Shown here one piece after another: positions 1-11,290 of a DNA stretch of 56,772 bases (within the stretch, counting starts at the first letter, position 1; each line of letters begins with the position of its first letter). The DNA comes from Octopus sinensis (taxonomy: Eukaryota). Made by a program: the position numbers and the translations under genes. The stretch spans positions 1-56,772 of the forward strand of contig NW_021833595.1 in NCBI RefSeq assembly GCF_006345805.1, in the 5' to 3' direction. The notes beneath the pieces are model-generated. The model had not been told where the DNA came from, searched no databases, and saw only the letters and a program-made list of their open reading frames with translations.

Positions 1-3000
1 AAAATGCAAAATGCGCTTGAAATTTCACTTCTAAATATTAAGTTTAATGGAAAAAATTTAATGCTTTTACCATCTTTCAACTTCCATTGGAGGTGACTTA
101 ATTCGTATGAATAGAGCTCTTCCTTTTATGATCTGCACTTGGCTTAATTTTACTTTGATGTAAAAGAAGAACAAAACGGGCACGACATTGAGTTGGATTT
201 AAAAAGCTTTTATCTAAAAATGAATGGGTCGTTTAATGTTTATGACAAATTCGAACTCAAAAGAAATTGTAATCCTCAAAAAATCGATTAGAAAATTTTC
301 GAAAAAAGAGAAAAAATCGAGAAAACTAACTAAAATACAAAAAGCCCTTGTCATTAAAAAACGCACAGAGGTAGAGTTCAATGTAGCTCCTTTGCTTGTT
401 CTATAAGAACTGAAGATGAACTTTTCCCAAAGTAAACACCAACTTTTACCATTCCATTTTTGATGCTAATATAATAATCAACTCACTGAATTAAAACATC
501 AAAGAAAATGTGAAGAAACTGCACCTGGCCGATTTGACTTAAACTTACATAAAAAAGCAACAACCTAACCTTTGGCGTTTGAAATGCAAGGGAATCTAAA
601 ACTACAAGGAACAAGAAAAAGTGGACAAATTAAAGGCACTGGTAAACGTGACAATTTTCTGACTCATTGAGGAACGATCGACTTGAAGACATCACCGCAT
701 CTATACATGGAAAAATTACATATCTGGCTATTGTTTTCCTCGATGCTCTCTCTTATATCAAAAACCCTTCTGAAGCACTATCCTCTGCTTTTCTTGGCGA
801 CTTAGTCAACTATTCTCTTGATATAGAACTCATTGAAGAAAATGGCAGGCTCGATATTAACTTTGAAGAGGTAAAAAAAGACCACGAACGTTAAAGGGAC
901 CGCCTGACCTGCCAAATCCGTGACCTCAAACACAGCAATCCTGGCCGATCTTACCGGGGAAGAACAACAAGGAAAAGTAGCCATTCTTAAAAAGACACAA
1001 ATCAGGAGAGAGGAATTCAGGACCACTCCGAAACGCTACAAAAATTTAGAAATATAAACGAGAATGAATTTGTGAGATGTAAAGTGCAGTTGAGAGAACA
1101 ACTTTCGGGGGGTCGGGACCACGTGAGGGCCCTCAATCAGAAGATTTTTCATTTTACTTCTCAGGACTCTCTTTGGAAGGTAAAGAATAGCCACAAGAGT
1201 ATGATCAAGCAGCTTAAATTGGATTTTCAAGAACAAATATGATCACTTGAACAGTAATATACTGATTATTTGAATCAGTTGAGTATTAAAGTTGATTTGT
1301 CTTATTTATAGAATTCCAAACTGGTTAACCTGAAAGAAGAATTTAATTGTTATAAAATATTGACACAGACAACTTGAGAATGAAAACAAAGGAACAAACG
1401 AAGGTGTTTTTGGATTTTGTTGGCTGATTGTCATTTCTGTTGCTTTTGCAAAGACACGTTGCATGTTGATCAACTGATGCTTCGCCTGTTTTGCATAAAA
1501 AGGGATTTAAGAGAGGAAAGTTTGAGGAAATAGATAGCAGGAAGTCCAAAAGACTAAATCACTCCCAATGAAAATATAGTCTCCATACCTCATGATCGGG
1601 AAGTAAGTGTGGAGCATAGCCATTTAAATAAAAGGGTGTAAAATCTTTAAAAAATAAAAAAGCCGATTAATACGGAAAAAAGGAAAGTATAAAAGATGTC
1701 ATCCCCAGATCGTACCTCCAACTATTTTCAATCATGCTGTTTACACCCTTTTTATTGAGTGACAAGGAATACAGCATTTATTTTACAAATTAGCCCTAAA
1801 AATTTTAAAAATAGTGGGTTGAAGTATGGGAATGCTTTCGTTCTTCTGTAGGCTAAAATAAATTCCATAATCTTATGAAAGAGATCTACGAAGAAATTCT
1901 CCATAAAAGAATCCTTAATTATAGTAACCCTATCTCAAAAAATTTCCAGACTTTCCCCACCCAATAAGCTCAAAAGCCCACCAAAAGAAAATCGACGATA
2001 ACTTTCAATTCTGATGAATCTGTTCTTTGGCAAGGAATCACTTTCTGGCTTTTAATCACAACTGCGGAGGACTCTGAAGAGCGTCCGCAGATTAATAAAA
2101 ACTGCATTGAGCTTATGGCTAATGCCTACAAGGAGATTTAGGCTATAAATTGTGATTGAAGTTCTTGGCAACCCATTCATGATTTTCCTGAATGAATTTT
2201 GTGCAACGTGATGGCGCAACCAAGTGAGTTGGTCTTTGAACTCACTCAGCTTTTGAAAACCAGAAATCCCTTCTAACTTCTGCATTTTATCAATTTCTTA
2301 TTCAAGAAACTGTTTTCATGTTTCGACTTGGTCAGGTTTTCGATAAGTAGGAAGAGGATTGGTGTCAGTAACACAAAAAAGTGAACAAAAACTTCCTCAG
2401 TTCTGGAGAGAAACGAGGGCGTCCACGGAAACGAGGGGTTTCAGCCGTCAGCCTCGATGGGGACCGAAGCTATCAAACCTTCAATAGTAGTATGATCAAC
2501 CTTTACAATGCAAAACTTCACTCAACAACGAAATAGTTTATATTTTTACTTAGTTATAAAAAAGACGACGCGGGTGCTTTTAGCGAAGAAGCTAGAAGAG
2601 GTCGTGTTACAACAACTATTAGAAATTTTATAGAAAATCTGATTCTAGCACTTAAATACCTTTTATCTTTAAGTGCTGAAAAATAAACCATTTATGACGC
2701 TGTGATCACACTTCAAGGAGAGCTTGAAGAACATAAAGATGGAAGGCTACTGGAGCCTACAGCAAAAGCTCTAACTGAAGCTTTAGAGATTCCCGAGCAC
2801 AAAAAAGTTGTAAGAGATTTGCCCTTTTCTCCAAAGTTTCGTCAAAGAAAAATCTTTTTGCAATTTGGAAGCACGCTCTTTTCAAATTTCAGTAAGAAAA
2901 AAGTCTAGTCCTACTCGTGTTAGGAAAGAACAAGAACTATCTCTCAAGCTAAAAGAGAGCGTAGGCTACAAATAATTTACGAAAAGCTTGCAACTCTCCA

Positions 3001-3359
3001 TGTTCACTCTTTAAGCTTTGGCAATGATGTCATTACTATCAAACGTGAAATTAACTAATTAGGAAGCCTCCGGAAGCTTCTCCCAATTAATTTGCTCACT
3101 TGAAAAAAACGCTGCAAATGCTTTTTAATCCTAGCCAATTTAGAATCTCTAGGCACAGCCCTAATTCATCACTTAACCATAACTTCTAGAAAATTTTACA
3201 GCTCCTGTTACTACTTTTGAAATATTTTTGCGCAAAGTTGTTTCAGCGAAGCTTGAAGGGAGTTTGGGTCAGGTGAAGCCATTATACAATCGTCAAATTA
3301 GTATTATTGATCCAAGACAGCAATTTTTAATCAATCGATTTATTTTTTTGATTTAATTG

Positions 3360-3700
3360 TAAACAAGAGTCCTTTAAAAACTTAGACTTAAGTGCTATTG
3401 ACAGTATGGAATCTAGGAAACTGAGTCGATATTTTGAAGAAAAAGTTGAAAATAAAAAAAACCATCCTGCTGACCTTTTCGAAGTCAACTATAACAACAC
3501 GTTTTTTGAACAATACTTTTGGTTATTTGAAAATATAACCAATCTTCAAGACGCCTACAATCAAGGAGATGATAGTGACACAAATCTTGGAGCAGATTTT
3601 TGCAATAACAACTGTCTATTTTGTATACGTAAATTTGTTTTTTTTGAGAATTCTTTAATTAATTAAAGCAACACTTTTATTTATATAATTTGCACATTAT
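3360..3700. repeat. Dispersed repeat related to 7280-7660 (decayed DNA-transposon interior)
   Basis: The blocks acaagagt.ctttaaaaacttagacttaagtg.tatt.acagtatggaat and gtaaatttgtttttt..agaattctttaattaattaaagcaacacttttatttatataatttgcaca recur at 7285-7660. Confidence 0.7.
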
Positions 3701-3929
3701 TTCAGTTTTAAATAATTTTTCACGTGCTCTATAATTTTTATAATTTCGTGGTTCCACTCTTTTTGCAATTTTAAATAATATTAATACAAATACAGCCGAT
3801 AGCGTTGTCTTCAGTGGTGGAGATGTTAATGTCGGCGAACATTGTTGTTGTCTTTCTAAAGTTTGGCACACATTTAGCCATTTAACGGCTTTTGAGGAAA
3901 GAAATCATAAGCCTTTTATTATATTAATT

Positions 3930-4515
3930 CAATCATTTGGTCGGATTGATATTAAGCTCAGAGAGTTTGAGCAGATTGATAAGAACATCCGTCGAATTCT
4001 TATGAACAATCATATCCACTTGAAACCGGCAAACATAGAAAGACTTTATTTTTCAAGAAAGGAATTCTCGAGAGGTCTCTAGTCAGTTAGTAATAAAGCG
4101 TAGAGAATGCTCTTTCAATTTTATTGTGATTTGAAAAATAAGGCAAACAACTGGCTAAGAAGAGCAGGAATTCTGTTCCGAAGAAAACACATATGGCCAC
4201 TATCGCAGAATTCTTATTTAGAAAATACAATGATCTGTTCCAATGTCTAAAGAATGTCAAACGTGATGTTAATAAGGGCTTCGGGTGGCTAATTCATGGA
4301 AACAATTTCCTCCGGACTGAAGCAAGCCTGCGCCTCCTGCTAGACCGAAACTTGTTTTTTTTGATAACGGAGAAAACAAATGCAGCTACTTTAACTTATC
4401 TGAAAAGACCATTGATCACCTTGTCATCAGATGTGGGCGAATGCTTAACGGCTTTTATCCTAGACCCCATAGCGAAGTGGTCAAATGCTTGCATCTGCAT
4501 CTATTTGATAAATAA
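3930..4515 (+). pseudogene. Decayed R4/Dong-like non-LTR retrotransposon fragment (RT thumb to zinc-knuckle region)
   Basis: Pieces across frames read IDKNIRRILMNNHIHLKPANIERLYFSRKE, WLIHGNN..TEA...DRNLFF and KTIDHLVIRCGRML....RPHSEVVKCLHLHL; the last matches the RH(N)EVV motif that precedes the RLE domain. Many stops and frameshifts. Confidence 0.65.
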
Positions 4516-5359
4516 ACATAATATTTGTGATTATCCAAGAATTATATTTTTACGTCACAAGGTCAAAAGTATAACCAGTTCCCCTATACGTAACTTGTTT
4601 TGCATGTCACACATTAATCAATCTTAGCTTTCTTTAGGTGATCATGTGAAGAAATTCCAAATTCGAGAAAAAGGTGGTTGTTGGCTTAAAAAGTTCAACA
4701 TAGTTTCTCATTGATTTTCAGGAAATAAGTCTGCTTTAAAAACCATGTTTGTTTTGTAAAAAGTATTGTCAAGTATTCGATTAATTCTAATTATTCCTCA
4801 ACTATTATTTCAAGTCAAACTCAATTATTCTTCAAGAAATTAGCCTTGGAATGTTTTAGATGTGTAAAAACCTGAATAGTAATATAATTTTGTTTTAAGT
4901 ATCAATTAAAATTTATTACTCGACACCCATTTCTATCGATCCATATTTTTAACCAGGCGTATTTTTAATGAGCACGACAAAGATTTTCAATCGATCAAAA
5001 GCATTCTAAATGCAAATTACTAAAAAGACTTCAACAAAAAATAAAGCATGTCGTTTCAGCAAAAAATTGCTGTTAAAGACAATTAATAATTCACCTGAAA
5101 TCCTAGCTCGAAATCATTAAAGAGGGGAAAAAATGAACTCTAATAATCTAACATTATAAATAAAAAATGGTAAATGAGAAGTATAAACGGTCAAGAATTA
5201 TCTACTTTGGTTTTTATGTTGTTGGTCTCAAGGGTGGTTTTTAATTTTACTACAGTTATTGACTCTTATTTCTGAAGTATTGAAGTTCTATTTTTATAGT
5301 CTTTTTAAACTAATTTTAAAATATAACATAAAACTTTGGATAAATGAAACCAAACAAAA

Positions 5360-6257
5360 TTAACGAAACCAAAAGAGATAGTTAAATGGGTTCATTAAAT
5401 GGAAAAGGTAACCCAGTGGAAAAAGAAACCCCAGCTTAAAAAAAGGCCTGCATTTTAATTTAAAATCTTTGTTATCAAGTTTGTACGCTTTCTTCAAGTA
5501 ATAGAATTGCGTACAGTAGACTGTCGGCAAATTGATAAACAGGCCGCCTTTAATCACCTCAAATTGTTTAAATCCCAATTTTTTTATTTTCGAATTCATA
5601 ACTCCTAATATAACAACTGAATCGCCTCCGAACCTAAAATATCTTAGACAATGCAAATACAGGCTGTCTCCGCCAATATACTCCAAATTTTTAAGAAACT
5701 CAAGAGTTTGTAATTCATTCGGAACGGAAAAGAGGATGAATCCAGTCACTGCCTGGACCCAACTTAAATATTTCAGGTTCTCGATTCGAATAGTTCTATT
5801 TATAGTAATTTGCAATCATTACTCTTTAGGCATTATGTAAAGACTCCCGATTACGACAGAACAACGCTCAAATTGTTTGATGTTCGAATTGGTGATCGCA
5901 ATTTTATCATCCACGATTTCACAAACTATTTTTTGTAAAAAGACATTTCTAAACTATAAGAGTTGTTGAAAAGGTTCATTTTTATTGCGAGTCCACCCAT
6001 TAATACTTCCCGTTGTCCACATTCCGACTCATTTTCACAATCGTGAATTATTTGTTCTGTGAAAATGGTTGTGATCAAAAAACTTTTAGCAAGTGTAGCG
6101 CCACATGGATATTCTGTGAACCTAACTCGCTCTTCCCCAGAATCCAGCGTGAATCTTCTTGTTTTAAAACATTCTATGTATAAATAATAAGTAAATTTCC
6201 ACCTTGTGAATTGACAATAAAAACCAGTGAGCTTACAATCGCTAAATAACCAAGCAT
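5360..6257 (-). CDS. Signal-peptide protein with a single EGFR/insulin-receptor-type Receptor L domain (~252 aa, up to 5 tiny introns)
   Basis: ATG at 6257 gives MLGYLAIVSSLVFIVNSQ (signal-like). GT-AG introns lie at 6174-6202 (29 nt), 6057-6083 (27), 5926-5954 (29), 5796-5822 (27, contains in-frame stops) and 5634-5660 (27). The spliced length is 759 nt with no internal stop. ITNSNIKQFERCSVVIGSLYI...LKYLSWVQAVTGFILF...LEFLKNLEYIGG resembles EGFR domain III ([21 protein letters not shown]...LKTVKEITGFLLI...FENLEIIRG). Introns 2 and 5 are 3n and stop-free, so they are less certain. Confidence 0.8.
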
Positions 6258-6689
6258 TTTAACGAACGGCAAATCAATCTCCTTTTATAATAATCAGGAG
6301 ACAGAATCAATAATCAAGAATGATTGAAATAAACACGTATTATCATTTAAAACATTGCTTGATAATTAATCTATCATTTCGAACATTGCACGCTAATTAA
6401 TCTATAATTAATATTGCTTTGACAGACAATTTTAACAAAAATTAAAATCGAAATAAATTTTAGTCAGACTTAAATAATCAGGAATCCTTAGTTTCCAAAC
6501 AACTTGTGCATTTCAAAATATTCAGGATATGATTTTTATTTATTTATTTATTTAACAGTAAAACATGATGAACCCTCTTTAACAGTAAATCCAAAAATCA
6601 CATAAATTCATTAACTTGGATTAAGTTGCATCATTTATAAATGCATGTAAATCGTTTCTTTTGTAATTTGTACTTAAATAACAATCGAC

Positions 6690-7020
6690 TTTTAAGTTTG
6701 GCAATTACGAGCTTCAAATAGCAACCGCAATAATTGAATTTTCAAATACAAACCTCAAATTGCAACTGCAAAAATTAAATTTCAAGTACAACTTCTAATT
6801 GCAACCGCAAAATTCAAATTTCAAGTACAATCTTCTAATTGCAACCGCAAAAATCAACTTTAAGTACAAACTTCTAATATTTTTGTAACATACAAGTTAA
6901 TTTCTGGACAGTTAGAAAAGGGCAAAAATCAAATTTCAAGTACAAACTTCTAATTGCAACCGCAAAAATCAAAATTTCAAGTATAAACTCTTAATTTGCC
7001 AATTACAAAAATCAATTTTT
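6690..7020. repeat. Imperfect ~40-bp tandem repeat (aattgcaaccgcaaaa.tcaaatttcaagtacaa.cttct)
   Basis: About 7 degenerate units visible directly, ~450 bp upstream of the L-domain gene start. Confidence 0.8.
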
Positions 7021-7111
7021 CATATAAAAAATTATTAGTTTAAATACATCAAAAATTGTTTTAGATGACTGAAAAAACAAGATATCGCCAATATAGTGCT
7101 GATACAAAAAA

Positions 7112-7691
7112 ATGCGGAAAGTCAAGTGGAAAAAAGTCAAGCGGAAAAAAGTCAAATGGAAAAAAAGTCAAGTCGTCTTTGTTTACTTTATATCGCATCT
7201 TTATAGCAATAATAGCAATTTTTTTCAAAATTTGATTTTTTTTCCGCTTTACTTTTTTTCCATTTTTGAAAATTTTTTTTGTATACAAGAGTTCTTTAAA
7301 AACTTAGACTTAAGTGATATTAACAGTATGGAATTTAGAAAACTTCGTATAAGTAAATTTGTTTTTTAAGAATTCTTTAATTAATTTCGGCAATCGCCCT
7401 GGAGACCGCCGGAGTTGCAGGAAAGGAGACTGACTCGTTCCTCAAAGAGGTCGGGAAGTCCATCGGGAGGAGGCTCAAGGACTCGAGAGAGGGCCTCTGG
7501 TTCCGCCAGCGCATCGGCCTGGCCATTGTTTGGGGCAACGCACACTGCGTCCTCGCCGCTGGAACTTAACGATTTTCGGTGTTAGTTGTTTTTGTAAATA
7601 AAAAACATTATATAATAAAAAAAAAATTAAAGCAACACTTTTATTTATATAATTTGCACATTTCCTGCTTGACTTTCTTTCCTACATGCAT
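7112..7691. mobile_element. Possible non-autonomous TIR element with tandem ggaaaaaagtcaa subrepeats (MULE-like ends)
   Basis: The left end atgcggaaagtcaagtggaaaaaagtcaag... is imperfectly inverted at the right end tttcctgcttgactttctttcctacatgcat. The interior is shared with 3360-3700. Confidence 0.4.
7387..7624 (+). mobile_element. 5'-truncated CRE-clade RLE retrotransposon (endonuclease C-terminus + poly-A)
   Basis: Translates AIALETAGVAGKETDSFLKEVGKSIGRRLKDSREGLWFRQRIGLAIVWGNAHCVLAAGT*, followed by an A-tail. The homologous empty site is visible at 3650-3670. Confidence 0.85.
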
Positions 7692-7914
7692 GGTGTTATT
7701 AAAAACAATCTTTTTGTAAAGAAAATTTAAAAATAATCGTTTTGTAAAGAAAATTTAAAAAAAATAAAAAAAAATCGTTATATTGAAAAATATTTGGATT
7801 ATAGACTTTATATTTGATTCAATTTGTTTTCCGATAAGATTAATTAACGTATTTTCTTATTATTAGAACCAAGATCACCTTCCAAAAACATAGAACTAAT
7901 TAATCAGGTGATCC

Positions 7915-8042
7915 TTGCTTCGTTGGCGATCCCCACCCCAAGTTGGTAAGGAGCAAATTCTGAGCTGAGGCGGGGGCATACACTCTTCGCTCCCAATTTA
8001 GCAGTCAAGTGGCGGAAGTAGTTTCCAATTGCTATAGCCAAG
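7915..8042 (-). mobile_element. Internal fragment of CRE-clade RT
   Basis: AIAIGNYFRHLTAKLGAKSVCPRLSSEFAPYQLGVGI aligns by eye with PIAVGNVFRRLFAKVGCKLVIPSISDELQPIQLGVGV in the 865-aa ORF. Confidence 0.7.
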
Positions 8043-8364
8043 ATTAATTGATTTTAAATAACCTTTTTTAATAATCTGGTTATTATTGGATCCTTGCTCT
8101 CTCTAAAGGTGAGAATTACTGACATTCAAAACTGTTTTGTAATAAAAATAAAGTTTTTTTCATTAATTATTATTAATTATCTTAATTTTAAAATGGTAAA
8201 CCTAATACCTAATAAATTAAGCCACGTGTGAGCACGCTGTTGGTTTACTTTGTGGTGCTCTCTTAATTATTTGCTATACTTTATTTTTTTATCTTAATTG
8301 GATTCAGAAGGAATAATTCAAGATGTATTTTCTTTTAATGATTTAATTATCTGAAAGTTCATCA

Positions 8365-8530
8365 TTTTTGTGATATTTTTCGATTTTATTCCTTTAATCT
8401 CCTTTTTTTTACTTATTTATACTTTTTGTGATATTTTTCGATTTTGTTCCTTTAATCTCCTTTTTTACTTATTTCTATTTATATTTTTTGTGATATTTTT
8501 AGATTTTGTTCTTTTAATCTCCTTTTTTAC
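8365..8530. repeat. ~60-bp tandem repeat x3
   Basis: ttttgtgatatttttcgatttt.ttcctttaatctccttttttactt occurs three times. Confidence 0.85.
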
Positions 8531-8629
8531 TTCGAAAATTTTGTCTATTTGAATGTTCGGTTATAAATGTTTCTCTGCTAATTAGGATTTGAATTTTTTT
8601 ATTAACAAAACAATAAAGACAAATTATGT

Positions 8630-9145
8630 TATTTAAATTTTTTAATTCTTTTCATAAGTGTCTTCTTAGTAGTTCCATCGTCCATTTCAACTCTGACCAT
8701 ATTATGCGGGAGGATTTCACTTATTGTACAAACTTCTCCGTATGGACTTTCGAATTTCTTGAGTGCAAGTGAAGGATTGGTACCATAGTCCTTTTGAATC
8801 CTTACCTACAATTTAGAATAATTTGAGTTTACCTTATCTCCAATTTTAAATGAATGTTTTGACTGATGAACACCCATTTTCCTGTTCATTTTTAGGAAAT
8901 ATGGAGATGTCACATCGGTGGGCGGAAAAAAGGAAAATTCTATGTTTTTTGAATCTATTCTATATATTGCGAATTTTAACTAACAATCTGAATTGTCACT
9001 CTTCATCTCACTGTCTTTTTCGGGAATGAAGTTGTTCGATCCTTTAATCCCACGATATCTATGAAATGGACTTAAAAGACATCATCATGAATAATTAATG
9101 GGTTAGATCCTTTAATACCGCGGTATCTATGAAATGGAGTATCAT
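8630..9145 (-). pseudogene. C-terminal remnant of a Ginger-like/integrase-type transposase with a 27-nt intron (8806-8832)
   Basis: FKIGDK|VRIQKDYGTNPSLALKKFESPYGEVCTISEILPHNMVRVEM resembles the integrase C-terminal F..GD.V...PY region. Upstream TPFHRYRGIKG is present twice. Confidence 0.55.
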
Positions 9146-11290
9146 CTAAAAAGTTTGAAAATGTGACAATTTAACCTGTAGAAGAATGTTTGGTTAAAAT
9201 TGTAGAAATGTGATCTTTTTATCAATCTTCAGAAGTTATTGTAGTGGGGTTATCCCCACTAAACTAATTCCAAATAAAGATATTGTGTGAACTAAGATAT
9301 TATTTATTAAAATATACTTTGGGAAAGTCCTCCTGTGATTTGGTCTTTTTGCGCTGCATGTTTTATAGGATCGTTGGCTAATTTAATCGCCTCATTTTTC
9401 GTTATCGATACTCTAGGGCAGGGGTGGCCACCTTTTTCACCGGCGAGCTACTTTTCATTTTGCGATTTTTTGGAGATCGACTTATATATTTTAATATCAA
9501 AAATTTTATTTTACAATTAAAAATTAATGCGATTTTTGGCATTGTAATTCACTTGCGATTATTTCAAATTCTGGCTCGTATAAGCTTATTGCTATTCTCA
9601 TGCAATCCCCAAGATGGTCATCCGTTAAACGTGTCCTGTATTGAGATTTTATCATTTTCATACTTGAAAATGATGTTTCGGATAAATATGTGCTTCCAAA
9701 GCATGAAAGAATTCGTTGATACGAATCAACCAAAATTGGATATTTTTCCTGAGACATAAATTTCCACATGTTGACATTTGATTTAATTTTAAAGTGATGT
9801 CATTTTTTAGATTTATAATTTCTATTTGACTTTTTCTTCGATCAACGTCAAAAATCTTGCTAAATTCTTCTGAAATATTTTCGATGTCTACATCCATGAA
9901 CGGAGAAACAAGAAACTGCATAATATAGTAATTTTCTTGAAATCGCTAAATCTGTTATTAAACTCGTTCATTATTTTTTCTAGTACCATAGCAAATTCAT
10001 TGACATAATGATTTTTATTCACAAGTTGTTTTGTGAATTCATCTTCAATGTTAGGAAAATGGGTAAAATTTTCTTTTCTGATTTGAGATATCCATAATTC
10101 CAACTTCATTATGAAAGCATTTATTGAACTGATCATATCGATAATATATCTATTCTTTACCTGTAATTCTAAATTGAGTTCATTCAGTTTGCTGGTAATA
10201 TCGGTTAGCCAAACAGGATTTTCAAGAAAATGCCAATTCTTGTTGTTTTTTTTAGAAAATTCTTTAATGTATGATAATAATTCTCTGAAACGACTGAGAA
10301 TTAATCCCTTGCTTAACCATCTTATGTCACAATGTAAAGGTAGATCGCCATAGATTGCATCGACTTGTTCTAGAAAAAGTCGAAATAATCTTCTTTGTAG
10401 GGGCTTGACTCGGATGGAATTAATAATTTTAACTGTTGTCTCCATAACATAGTTGAAATTTAACATTTTCCCACATAATGCATGTTGGTGAATGATGCAA
10501 TGATATGATAAAAATTTCGGAAAATGTTCATCTTTCCGACAAAATGCAATAAATCCATTTTGATTCCCAATCATTGCAGGGGCTCCATCTTTTGTTATGG
10601 ATACAAGTTTCTTCATTAACGGTAATAATTCGAATGATAACAAAAACGTTTTGAAAGAATATAAATATTTTCACCAGTTGTTCTTTCTTTCATAGGTATA
10701 ATAGCAAATAACTCTTCCTTGACAGTTAGATCATGGAAGATTAAACGGGAAAATACACATAGTTGGGCGATATCAATAGCATCGTTTGATTCGTCAAACT
10801 GTAGAGAAAAACACGAACATGCGTAAAGATCCTTTTTTAACTGCGAAAGAAGATTTTCAGAAATGCTTTCAGCCCTTCTGACCAGTGTTCCCTCTAAGCG
10901 AGTGGTAGCTATGCGCGCTGGGCACATTGCATTGTGCAGCGTTATAAAGTGACGTGTGCAAAAAATTTTTTGGGGGGGGGAAATTTTACAATTAAAAAAC
11001 AATGGTTAAAAAAATAGGTCTAGTCAATTGGATATTCTCTTCTGTTTTTATTTTGTATCCAAATTTGTATACTCGGTCAAGATCCACTGTATTCCCACTT
11101 GTTAAATAGAACTTGATTCGCATGATCATCTCCAAATGGTCAATCTCAAGTCTATTACGTAGTTTAGTTTTGATACAGTTCATCAAACTAAATCCACGTT
11201 CAGCATCAGCACTCGACGCTTGAAATGTGCCACAAATATCCACAAATGTTGCAGTGGCTGAAAATTTTTTCTCCGCGAGTATATAGTAAA

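Noticed and set aside
1-3300. Short ORFs with faint LINE- and Tc1-like words
   Set aside because: Too decayed to assign boundaries or a family with confidence.
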